DNA from: Gemmatimonadales bacterium
Lineage (GTDB): Bacteria; Gemmatimonadota; Gemmatimonadetes; Gemmatimonadales; GWC2-71-9
Assembly: GCA_041613315.1 (NCBI GenBank)
Contig: JBFJHJ010000013.1
Coordinates: 1-64,000, forward strand
Reading direction: 5' to 3'
DNA length: 64,000 nt
Position numbers and translations under genes: made by a program. Position 1 is the first letter of the stretch, and every line of letters begins with the position of its first letter. Shown here one piece after another: positions 38,294 to 47,142 of the stretch. The notes beneath the pieces were generated by a model. It did not search any database, was not told where the DNA came from, and was given only the letters and a program-made list of their open reading frames with translations.

Positions 38294-39978
38294 GGAGCGC
38301 CGGCGGCGGTCTTCCACCCCGTCCATCCGGGCCCCCGCACGACACGTCCCGGTGTGGCCCCCGTGTGCTCGCCGTCGCGCAGCACCTGCACGCCGTTCAC
38401 GAACACGTCCCGCACACCCGTCGCCAGCTGGTGCGGTTGGTCGAACGTGGCATGGTCCTGAATGCCCGCGGGGTCGAAGACCACGACGTCGGCGTAGAAC
38501 CCGGGCGCGAGCGTCCCGCGCTTGCGGATCTTGAGGTTCGCCGCCGGGAACGACGTGAGTCGGCGCACCGCGTCCTCGAGCGTGGTCACCTTCTCGTCGC
38601 GCACGTACCGGCCCAGGAGCCGCGCGAAGTTGCCGTAGGCCCGGGGATGGGTGCTGGACTTGAGGAAGACGCCCTCCGGTGTCATCGAGCCGGCGTCGGA
38701 CCCGAAGGCCACCCACGGAAGCGCGATCTCCCGTTTCACGTTCTCCTCGCTCATCAGGAAGTACACCGACCCGACCCGGCTGTCATCCAGGATCACCAGG
38801 TCAATCGCGGTCTCCTCCGGCGAGGTCCCACGCATTCTCGCGACGTCGGCCAGCGTCTTCCCCGTGAGCGGCTTGAGCGAGTCGGTCTTGAACCCGACCA
38901 GGAGCACCTGGTCCGGGCCCGCGGCGAGATAGAGGTTCTCCCAGCGATCCGTCGGCGTGGACATCTCGCGGATGACGCGCCGGCGGATCGCCGGATCTTT
39001 GAGTCGCGCGACCCATTGATCGTGGCCCCCCTCCTGGACCCACGGAGGCATCGCGGCGTCCAGGCCCGTCGAGCCGGCGGTGTAGGTGTACATATCGGCG
39101 GTGATGTGCAGGCCGCTCGCCCGGGCGTCTTCGACCTTCTTGATGAGCGCGTCCAGCTTGCCCCAATTGGACCGCCCGGCCGCCTTCAGGTGGTAGATCT
39201 CCGCTCGAATCCCCGCGTCCTTGGCGATGCGCAGCAGCTCGTCTACCGCCTCGAGCAACCGATTGCCCTCGCTCCGCATGTGGGAGATGTACATCCCGTC
39301 GTATTCGGCCGCGACGCGCGACAGGGCGATCAGCTCGGGTGTCTGGGCGTAGAACGCTGGCGCGTAGATGAGGGACGACCCCACGCCGAGGGCCCCGTCT
39401 TCCATGGCCCGCCGCACCAGCGCCTGCATGCGGCCGAGCTCCTCGGCGGTGGGCGGCCGGTTGTCATGGCCCAGCTCGTGGATGCGAACCGTCGTCGCTC
39501 CCACAAAGGACGCGACGTTTGGGCTGATGCCGCGCTGGACGAGGTGGTCCAGGTAGGCGGCGAGGGTGGTCCAGGGGATGTCGAACTTGATGTCGCCCTG
39601 CTGGGCGATCACTTCCTGCCGCATCTTGTCGTTCAGCGGCCCCATGGACCAGCCCTCGCCGAACACCTCGAGCGTCACGCCCTGCTTGGTGTCCCCCAGC
39701 GAGCGGCCATCTTCGATCAACGACTCGGTCGCCCAGCTCAGCATGTTGATGAACCCCGGGGTCACGGCCATGCCGGCGGCGTCGATCTCCGTGCGGGCGC
39801 GGCCCTCCACCGTTCCCCCCACGGCGACGATCGTGTCGCCCTTGATCGCGACGTCGCCCACGATCGGTGCGGCGCCGCTTCCGTCGTAGATCGTGCCGCC
39901 GCGGATGACCACGTCGTAGGGGGGGGCGCAGGCGGCGACGAAGGCGAGCAGGGTAAGGGAGGCGAGAGCATGGCGCAT
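38290..39978 (-). CDS. N-acyl-D-amino-acid deacylase family lipoprotein
   Basis: FVAAC lipobox; TPGFINMLSW, QGVTLEVFGEG, SHMRSEG, YHLKAAG, HPRAYGNFARLLG. Confidence 0.9.
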   Translation of the reverse strand: MRHALASLTLLAFVAACAPPYDVVIRGGTIYDGSGAAPIVGDVAIKGDTIVAVGGTVEGRARTEIDAAGMAVTPGFINMLSWATESLIEDGRSLGDTKQGVTLEVFGEGWSMGPLNDKMRQEVIAQQGDIKFDIPWTTLAAYLDHLVQRGISPNVASFVGATTVRIHELGHDNRPPTAEELGRMQALVRRAMEDGALGVGSSLIYAPAFYAQTPELIALSRVAAEYDGMYISHMRSEGNRLLEAVDELLRIAKDAGIRAEIYHLKAAGRSNWGKLDALIKKVEDARASGLHITADMYTYTAGSTGLDAAMPPWVQEGGHDQWVARLKDPAIRRRVIREMSTPTDRWENLYLAAGPDQVLLVGFKTDSLKPLTGKTLADVARMRGTSPEETAIDLVILDDSRVGSVYFLMSEENVKREIALPWVAFGSDAGSMTPEGVFLKSSTHPRAYGNFARLLGRYVRDEKVTTLEDAVRRLTSFPAANLKIRKRGTLAPGFYADVVVFDPAGIQDHATFDQPHQLATGVRDVFVNGVQVLRDGEHTGATPGRVVRGPGWTGWKTAAGAP

Positions 39979-40079
39979 GGTGGCGATCCTCGATTCAGGC
40001 GCGTGACGCAACGCGAGGGCGGTGAGCGGACGGTTCGACTCGAGGGAAGATAGAGCGGAGGCAGGATGGCCGCGAGGCG

Positions 40080-40856
40080 TCAGTAATGTCCCAAGAGGCC
40101 ACGGTTCCGTGCGACACGCTCGAACAGCTTGAAGACCGCGAACCCCCCGCCGAAATAGACCGTCGCGTTCCCGACCAGCAACGCCACATCGGCTGCGGGG
40201 AGCCCGAGGAGGGACGTGCCGTCGATCATCGCGCGCCCGAGCAGGTCCGTTCCCCACGCGAGCGGGAGATATTTGACGGCGGGAAAGGTATCCACGGGCG
40301 CCGCGATGAGCGCAAAGAACAGGAATTGCAGAATTCCCAGTGCAGCCTGGATCTGCTTGAACACGATCGCCAGTCCGCCCATCAAGAAGCCGAGGCCCTG
40401 GGCGCTGGCGACCGTGAGCACGAGCAGGGGGATCACGGTCGGCAAGTCGAACGAGAGCCAGCGCCCGGTCGTTGCCATCATGGCGACGAGCAGGACGACC
40501 ATGATGCCCACGCGGAACGCGAGGGCCGCGAAGATCCGGGCGAGGAGCACGCGCCCGAACCCCAGCGGCGACATGGACAGTTGCTCCAACGTGCCCTGTT
40601 GCGCTTCCTGCACCAAGACCCAGGACAGCTCGGCGTACGCGTAAATCGTCAGATAGAAGACCGTGAACCCCACGATAATGCCGGCGAGCGTATCGCCGAA
40701 CTGCGCCGAGCCGCCCACGAACGTGCGGGCTCCCCAGAACACCATCAGGAAGACGAGGTAGAAGGACACGAGCATCGACAGCGTGTTGAACGCGTAGCGC
40801 CGGAGCTCGATGGCGTAGCGCTTGAACATCGCCTTCAGCATGACGAGTGTGCGCAT
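40080..40856 (-). CDS. ABC-2 type exporter permease
   Basis: About 6 TM segments; EAQQGTLEQLSMSP; adjacent to the ATPase. Confidence 0.88.
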   Translation of the reverse strand: MRTLVMLKAMFKRYAIELRRYAFNTLSMLVSFYLVFLMVFWGARTFVGGSAQFGDTLAGIIVGFTVFYLTIYAYAELSWVLVQEAQQGTLEQLSMSPLGFGRVLLARIFAALAFRVGIMVVLLVAMMATTGRWLSFDLPTVIPLLVLTVASAQGLGFLMGGLAIVFKQIQAALGILQFLFFALIAAPVDTFPAVKYLPLAWGTDLLGRAMIDGTSLLGLPAADVALLVGNATVYFGGGFAVFKLFERVARNRGLLGHY

Positions 40857-41813
40857 CTACCGCTGCCGTCGCACGATCGTGAGGAAGATTTCTTCGAGAT
40901 CGGGATCCTGCCGGTCGATGCTCTCCACGACGCACCCGCCGGCGCGGAGGATGTCCATCAGGTCGTACAGCCCTTCCGTCCGAAGGAGCTCCACCTCGAA
41001 CTCCGTCGTGTGGTCCGTGTGCCGCACGTGGAGCAACTCGAAGCGGGCTTCCAGCGTACGCCGGACGGGGTCCGGGAGCCGCTCCTCGAGGCGGAACCGG
41101 TAGGCCCGGGCCCGGAACAACGAAAGCAGGTTGGCGACCCGGTCGTCGGTCACCACGCGCCCCTCGTTGATGATGATGACGCGGTCGCACACGTCCTGCA
41201 CGACGTTCATGTCATGAGTGGAGAGCAGCACGGTCCGCTCGCCCCGGCGCGCCATGTCCTTGAGTGCCTGCCGCAGCTCGTGCGAGGTCTCGACGTCGAG
41301 CCCGAGCGTGGGCTCGTCGAGCAGGAGGATCTCGGTCTGCTTCACCAGCGAGCAGGCGACCGCGAGCTTCTGCTGCATGCCGCGCGAGAGCATCCGGGCG
41401 GAGACCCGGGCTTTGGCGCCGAGGTCGAAGAGGTCGATCAGCTCATCGATGTAGGGCCGGACGCGGCGCGTGGGGATCCCCTGGAGCCCCGAGAAGAACT
41501 CGAGGTTTTCTCGCGGACTGAGCCGCCAGTAGATGTTGCGGTTTCCCTCGAGCACGGCGGCGATCTTTTCCAATGCCCGGCGCGGATGGGTGAGCGCGTC
41601 GAATCCCGCGATCGTGACGCGCCCCCCGGTCGGCCGCACCAACGTGCACAGACACTTGATCGCCGTGGATTTCCCCGCGCCGTTCGGCCCCAGCAGGCCG
41701 ACGACCTCGCCGCGCTGAATCGCGAAGCTCACGTGGTCGAGCGCGACGACGGTGCCACGGCGCGAGCCGTAGGTCTTGCTCAGCTCCTGGACGGCGACGA
41801 TCGGTTCGGACAC
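40857..41813 (-). CDS. ABC exporter ATP-binding protein
   Basis: GPNGAGKST, LSRGMQQK, LLLDEPTLGLD, STH. Confidence 0.95.
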   Translation of the reverse strand: MSEPIVAVQELSKTYGSRRGTVVALDHVSFAIQRGEVVGLLGPNGAGKSTAIKCLCTLVRPTGGRVTIAGFDALTHPRRALEKIAAVLEGNRNIYWRLSPRENLEFFSGLQGIPTRRVRPYIDELIDLFDLGAKARVSARMLSRGMQQKLAVACSLVKQTEILLLDEPTLGLDVETSHELRQALKDMARRGERTVLLSTHDMNVVQDVCDRVIIINEGRVVTDDRVANLLSLFRARAYRFRLEERLPDPVRRTLEARFELLHVRHTDHTTEFEVELLRTEGLYDLMDILRAGGCVVESIDRQDPDLEEIFLTIVRRQR

Positions 41814-41834
41814 GCTGGATGCCGCGAGCGGGTC

Positions 41835-43028
41835 TCAGAAGCGTGCGTCGAGGAGCGCCACCCGGATACCCGGCCTGACGGTGGTGCGCCCGTCGGGCCG
41901 GACGGTGCGGATCGCCGTGGGAATGGGCGTTGGGAAGCCGACGCCAGGGTCGCGCCCGAGTCGAAGCAGGGCGCCGCTGAAGTCGGTGTCGCCGCCCCGG
42001 CGATCGCGGTCGCCGCTCTCCCGGTCGCCCGTGGCGGCGTATCCCGCGATGAGCCCCACGACGCTGAGCACCAGCGGAGGCGTGATGATCACCTGGTCGT
42101 CGCTGGGATCGATCAACAGATCGACCCCCAGGCCGGCGACCAGTCCCGCGACCCCGGCGATGCTCGCGAGCCGGACGCGGCCGCCGCTCAGATCTTTCCC
42201 TCGACCAGCGAGGATCGCGGACAGCAGCCCGACGTTGCCGCCCACGAGCGTCCAGAGGAGTCGATCCTCATCATCGTCGAGGTCCGCGAGCACCGATCCG
42301 GCGAAGCCGTACCAGACGCCCCACCAGGCGGCGTGGTTGGCGAGGGTGGCGCGACCCGGGTGCGGATCCGAGAGTCCAGCGATCGCGAAGCCGGCGCTGA
42401 GCCCGGCCAGGCCGCCCACCACGGCGGCCGCGAACGGCGCTTCGTCGGGCGTCGAGGTGTATTGGGAGCATGTGCCGTTGCAGAACTCGAAGGTCTCGTC
42501 CCCGATGCCCAGCACCTCCCGCCATCCGATTGCCTGAAACGTGCCCCACTGGCTGGCGAAGATGATGGCGGTCGCCTGCCCCGAGGCCACCGACGTCGAC
42601 CGGGCATACGCGCGGGTACCGATAAACCCAAGTGGGGCACCGACGAGGAGCCCCGCGCCGTAGGGCTCCGTCCCGTTTGCCCCCAACGCCGCGGGCACCG
42701 CGAGGCCAAGCCACGCCCCGAACAACGTGTTCCAGACCGTGAGGGGCACCGACCCGCTCCCCGCCGCCCGGAGGCGGCGTATGCCGGCGAGTCGCTGCTC
42801 GGCGTCCCGGGCGGCGGGTGTGCCCGGATAGCGCCGGATGATGAAGCGCAGCAGCTCATCGGCCAGCTCGCGGTGGCCTTCGAGCTCGGCCTGCCGCGCC
42901 GCGTCGGCCAGGATCGCGGCGGTGTCCGCCGGCGTCTGCCCGGCGAGCGGCGCGGGAAGGAAGGCGAGCGCGGCAGCGAGCCCCAGACCCGCCATCCAGC
43001 GACGGACCATCGTCATAGTGATCCCCAT
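41835..43028 (-). CDS. Hypothetical exported/membrane protein with Gly-rich hydrophobic helices
   Basis: Signal peptide ending LAGQ; many Gly/Ala-rich hydrophobic segments; C-terminal IRVALLDARF; start may lie a few codons downstream. Confidence 0.7.
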   Translation of the reverse strand: MGITMTMVRRWMAGLGLAAALAFLPAPLAGQTPADTAAILADAARQAELEGHRELADELLRFIIRRYPGTPAARDAEQRLAGIRRLRAAGSGSVPLTVWNTLFGAWLGLAVPAALGANGTEPYGAGLLVGAPLGFIGTRAYARSTSVASGQATAIIFASQWGTFQAIGWREVLGIGDETFEFCNGTCSQYTSTPDEAPFAAAVVGGLAGLSAGFAIAGLSDPHPGRATLANHAAWWGVWYGFAGSVLADLDDDEDRLLWTLVGGNVGLLSAILAGRGKDLSGGRVRLASIAGVAGLVAGLGVDLLIDPSDDQVIITPPLVLSVVGLIAGYAATGDRESGDRDRRGGDTDFSGALLRLGRDPGVGFPTPIPTAIRTVRPDGRTTVRPGIRVALLDARF

Positions 43029-43074
43029 GTGGGTGGCGGATAGGATACACCGCGCCCGGTTCGGGGCTCCCTAT

Positions 43075-43545
43075 TCAGAACCCGCCGCCGGCCCCGCCGC
43101 CTTTCTTTGCGGCCAGCATTGCGTCCACCGACAGATGGGTCGGGCCGCGGAGCATCAGCGCGGCGAGCCCCGCGATGTACAGCAAGTTCACTTCCCAGCC
43201 GGGTAGCCCGAACTGGAGCCCCTGTTCCGTCATGCCGGTGATGTTCAAGAAGTTGAAGCCGGCCGACCAATGGACCGTGAACATCGCCACGACCATCTCC
43301 ACGATGAGCACGGCCGCGACGACCGTCGTGTAGGCGCCCAGGATGAGGGCGAGCCCGCCCAACACTTCCGCCACGGTCACGAGCCAGGCCGTAATGCCGG
43401 GCGCGGGCACGCCGATCATCTGCAGCATCCCCACGAACCCGTCATGGCCGCCGCCCGTGAACTTGGGGAGGCCGTGATAGAGAAAGCCGATTCCCAGGAC
43501 GAGCCTGAGGGGCATGGGTGCCCACTTGCTCCACGACGCATTCAT
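43075..43545 (-). CDS. DoxX family membrane protein
   Basis: LRLVLGIGFLYHGLPK, AEVLGGLALILG, VHW, GWEVNL, GPTHLSVD. Confidence 0.9.
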   Translation of the reverse strand: MNASWSKWAPMPLRLVLGIGFLYHGLPKFTGGGHDGFVGMLQMIGVPAPGITAWLVTVAEVLGGLALILGAYTTVVAAVLIVEMVVAMFTVHWSAGFNFLNITGMTEQGLQFGLPGWEVNLLYIAGLAALMLRGPTHLSVDAMLAAKKGGGAGGGF

Positions 43546-43600
43546 GCTGTGTGCCTCCGATGTGAAAGTGTGCGTTGCACCGCGCATATGTATGCGGCGC

Positions 43601-45319
43601 TCACTCCGTGAACTGGGCCGGTCGGCGGCGGTGGAAGTCGGTCGCGTCTTGGTATGCCTTGGCCCCCGCCAACAACTCCGCCTCGCCGTACAGCTTCCCG
43701 ATGAACGAGATGCTCACCGGTGTGCCGTCGTCCCGGAACCCGTGGGGCAACGTCACCGCCGGATGGCCGGTCAGGTTCGTCGTGAGCAGCACGCTGCCGC
43801 CGTAGGACGGCGTGACGAACAGGTCCACCCCGTCCATCACCGCGTCCATCGCTCCCATGAGCATGGTCCGGACCCGGTTGGCCTGGAGGTACTCGACCGC
43901 GGGGATGAGCCGGGACTGGCGGAACACATTGGGCCAGGCATTCCGGATCTGCCGGACGAGGAGATCGTCCCGGTCCGAGCGCGTGAGCTCGTCGAACGCT
44001 GCCGCCGCCTCGACGTTCAGAATGATGCGGAGGGCGTCCACGGGGTACTGGTCCGGCAGCTCCACCGGTACCAACTCCACCCCCAGGGACCGGAGCACCC
44101 CCAACGCGCGCATGTCGAAGCTCTTCCAGTCGTGGTCCGCCTCGAAGGCGCTCCGGTAGTAGCCGATTCGGAGGCTGGTGACGGGAGGGTGGGGATCCCA
44201 ATCGAACGGCAGTGTCCGCGCGGTGGGGTCATGACCGTCGGCGCCATGGATCGCGTCGAACACGAGGGCGCAGTCCTCCACGTAGCGGCCGAGCGGCCCC
44301 AACTTGTCCATGCTCCACGAAAGCGCCATCGCTCCGTACCGGCTTACGCGCCCGAAGGTGGGGCGCAAGCCGGTCGCGCCGCAACGGGTCGCGGGAGAGA
44401 CGATGGAGCCCAGGGTCTCGCTGCCGATGCTGAATCCCACGAGCCCCGCCACGGTGGCTGAGGCGGAACCCGCGGACGAGCCGCTCGACCCTTGCTCCAG
44501 GTTCCACGGGTTCCGGGTCCGGCCGCCGAACCACACGTCGCCCCATGCGAGGGCGCCAAGGGTGAGCTTGGCGATCAGCACCGCGCCGGCGGCTTCGAGC
44601 CGACGCACGACGGTCGCGTCGTAGGGGATGGTCTGGTCCTCGTACGGCTTCGCGCCCCACGTGGTGCGGTACGCGTCCTCGGCGAGCAGGTCTTTGGCGC
44701 CCCAGGGAATTCCGTGGAGCGGCCCACGATAGAGGCCGCGCGCGATCTCCTGATCGGCGCGCCGCGCTTGCGTGAGTGCCAGCTCCTCGGTGAGCGTGAT
44801 GACGCACTCGAGCTTGGGGCCGTAGCGCGTGAGTCGCTCCAGGTACATGCGGGTCAGCTCGAGGGAGGAGACCTGGCGGCTCCGGACCAGCTCCGCGAGG
44901 TCGGTGAGTGACCAGAACGCCACCTGCTCGAGCGCGGACGGGCGCGTCACCGCCGGGCGGCGGGTGCGCCGAGCCGCGCGCCGGGCTTGGGGGGCGGCCC
45001 GGCCGGGCAGGGCGGGATCGAAGAGCAGCGCCGGGTAGGTCTCGTTGGGGATCGCGACGGTTCGGAGCTTCCGGTAGGCCTCGAGGTTCTCGTTCAGGCC
45101 TTCGAGCATCAGCTCGCGTTCGGCGTCGGTGAATCGGAGGCCGGCGACGGCTTCCGCGTCCGCCAACATCTCTTTGGTGATCGTGCCGGCCTGCTGCGCC
45201 AGACCCCACAGCACCCCCGGGAGGGCCGTGCCCCCGAGGCCGGCTGCCGCGAAATACGCCACGAAGCGGCGACGGTCGATCGGGAAGCGGACGCGCGCGG
45301 CCAGCCTGGGGTCGGTCAT
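43601..45319 (-). CDS. Amidase signature family protein with Tat-like signal
   Basis: GPLHGIPWGAKDLL, GSSGSSAGSA, GSETLGSIVSPA; DRRRF N-terminus. Confidence 0.9.
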   Translation of the reverse strand: MTDPRLAARVRFPIDRRRFVAYFAAAGLGGTALPGVLWGLAQQAGTITKEMLADAEAVAGLRFTDAERELMLEGLNENLEAYRKLRTVAIPNETYPALLFDPALPGRAAPQARRAARRTRRPAVTRPSALEQVAFWSLTDLAELVRSRQVSSLELTRMYLERLTRYGPKLECVITLTEELALTQARRADQEIARGLYRGPLHGIPWGAKDLLAEDAYRTTWGAKPYEDQTIPYDATVVRRLEAAGAVLIAKLTLGALAWGDVWFGGRTRNPWNLEQGSSGSSAGSASATVAGLVGFSIGSETLGSIVSPATRCGATGLRPTFGRVSRYGAMALSWSMDKLGPLGRYVEDCALVFDAIHGADGHDPTARTLPFDWDPHPPVTSLRIGYYRSAFEADHDWKSFDMRALGVLRSLGVELVPVELPDQYPVDALRIILNVEAAAAFDELTRSDRDDLLVRQIRNAWPNVFRQSRLIPAVEYLQANRVRTMLMGAMDAVMDGVDLFVTPSYGGSVLLTTNLTGHPAVTLPHGFRDDGTPVSISFIGKLYGEAELLAGAKAYQDATDFHRRRPAQFTE

Positions 45320-45472
45320 AGGGGTTCCGCGGATCGGGGGAATCGGAATGCGACTCGGCCCTATCCTGCGGTCCGGCCCCGGCGAAGGCAAGCGTGGTTC
45401 GGGAGGGTTCGGCGCAGCGCAGGCCCGGCGCCGTGCAGCGCCGCGCCCGCGGCCGGGCAAACGGATCGACCG

Positions 45473-45883
45473 CTATGCGGTCACCCGCTCGAGCACACGC
45501 CCCATTCGCGAGCGGACCTCCTGTGCCAGCGGCTCGATGTCGGTGTTGCCGGTGAGCTCGAGCTGCCGGACGGGATCGAGTGCCGCCACGACACTGGTGC
45601 TCGGGTCATCACCCTGATACACGATCACGTTGCACGGGAGGAGGAGCCCGATGTCGCGCTCGTGCGAGAGGGCCTGGTGCGCGAGCGGCGGGTTGCAGGC
45701 GCCCAGGATGATGTAGGGTCGGAACTCCACGTCGAGTTTCTTCTTCAGTGTCGCCTTCACGTCGATCTCGGTCAGCACGCCGAAGCCCTGCGCTGCGAGT
45801 TCCTCACGCGTCCGCTCGACCGCCTGCTCGTAGCGGAGCGGGACCGTGACGCTGAGCCCGTACGTGGATGCGTTTGTCGTCAT
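45473..45883 (-). CDS. DUF302 family protein
   Basis: GFGVLTEIDV, YIILGACNP, IGLLLPCNVIVY. Confidence 0.9.
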   Translation of the reverse strand: MTTNASTYGLSVTVPLRYEQAVERTREELAAQGFGVLTEIDVKATLKKKLDVEFRPYIILGACNPPLAHQALSHERDIGLLLPCNVIVYQGDDPSTSVVAALDPVRQLELTGNTDIEPLAQEVRSRMGRVLERVTA

Positions 45884-46081
45884 GGATGCCTCCCACTTGC
45901 CGGTGTTCACGGCAGCATGGCTCGCCGCCGGTGAAGCCCCACGGAATCTTCTATGAAAGGTATATGGGGATCGACGGCGATGTGGCGTCCAAGTTGACCG
46001 GCTCCGGCGACGGGGCTACCATACGCGCCGGGTTTCGGTCGCGAGGCCGTCGCCCACCGATGACGACGACCCGGCGCCTTC

Positions 46082-47131
46082 ATGATCGTATCCGCAACTC
46101 CCAAGCGTTCGCGTTCGCTCCTGCTCGCCTCCGTGGCGATGCTGGCCGTGCTCGCCGTCGGCGCGGCGTGCGGCAGTGAGTATCCGCAGTCCACGTTGCA
46201 CCCCGCGGGGGAACTGGCCGAGTCGATTGACCGTTTGTACCGCACGATCTTCTGGTGGGCCGTCGCCGTGTTCGTCGTGGTCGAGTTCGGCCTGCTGTTC
46301 GTGATCCTGCGCTATCGAGAGCGTCCCGACGCTCCCGCACCGGCGCACGTGCACGGCAGTACGGTGCTCGAGATCGCGTGGACGCTGGCCCCCGCCGTGG
46401 TGCTGGTCTTCATCGCCGTGCCCACGATACAGACGATCTTTGCGACGGAGGGCCGGCCGCCGCCGGACGCGCTGCGGGTGGAGGTGGTTGGGCACCAATG
46501 GTGGTGGGAGTATCGCTATCCCGATCTCGGTGTGGTGACCGCCAACGAGCTGCACGTGCCCGTGGAGCGCCCGGTGGCCCTCGCGATGACCTCGGCGGAC
46601 GTGATCCACAGTTTCTGGGCGCCGCGACTGGGCGGCAAGCGGGACGTCGTGCCGGGGCGGACGAACCGGCTGGTGCTCGCGGCTGACTCGGCCGGGGTGT
46701 ACCTCGGCCAGTGCGCGGAGTTCTGCGGCGAGTCCCATGCCAACATGCGTCTCCGGGTCGTCGCGCAGGATTCCGTGGCCTTCGCCGCGTGGGTCGCCGG
46801 CCAGCAAGCGGCCCCCCCGCCGATCGCGGCGGACGATAGCGTGGTGCGCCGTGGCGCCGAAGCGTTTCGTGCGATCCGGCAGCCGGCGAGCAACTCCTGC
46901 ATTGCGTGCCATACGATTGAAGGTGTCTCCGGAGGGCTCCTGGGGCCCAACCTCACGCATCTCGCGAGCCGGGCGACGATTGCGGCCGGGATCCTGCCCA
47001 ACACGCCCGACGGGCTCACCAGCTGGCTGCTCGACCCCCCCCGGGAGAAGCCCGGGAGTCTGATGCCCCGGATCGCCCTCACCGACGGGGAGATCGCGGC
47101 ACTCATCGCGTATCTCCAGAGCCTGCGATAG
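46082..47131 (+). CDS. ctaC: Cytochrome c oxidase subunit II with fused cytochrome c (caa3 type), lipoprotein
   Basis: GHQWWW, DVIHSFW, CAEFCGESHANM CuA site; C-terminal CIACH...SLMP; GAAC lipobox. Confidence 0.95.
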   Translation: MIVSATPKRSRSLLLASVAMLAVLAVGAACGSEYPQSTLHPAGELAESIDRLYRTIFWWAVAVFVVVEFGLLFVILRYRERPDAPAPAHVHGSTVLEIAWTLAPAVVLVFIAVPTIQTIFATEGRPPPDALRVEVVGHQWWWEYRYPDLGVVTANELHVPVERPVALAMTSADVIHSFWAPRLGGKRDVVPGRTNRLVLAADSAGVYLGQCAEFCGESHANMRLRVVAQDSVAFAAWVAGQQAAPPPIAADDSVVRRGAEAFRAIRQPASNSCIACHTIEGVSGGLLGPNLTHLASRATIAAGILPNTPDGLTSWLLDPPREKPGSLMPRIALTDGEIAALIAYLQSLR

Positions 47132-47142
47132 GAACGGGTGTG

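Noticed and set aside
38290..41190. Long N-terminal extensions in the ORF track (e.g. 966 aa at 38290-41190, 700 aa at 413-2515) as fusion proteins
   Set aside because: The extensions overlap other real genes and are low-complexity Arg/Pro-rich; signal peptides mark the downstream starts.
40086..43043. Long antisense ORFs (e.g. 985 aa at 40086-43043 +, 709 aa at 51189-53318 -, 641 aa at 55866-57791 -)
   Set aside because: They are shadows of well-supported genes on the opposite strand, expected at high GC, with no recognisable motifs.
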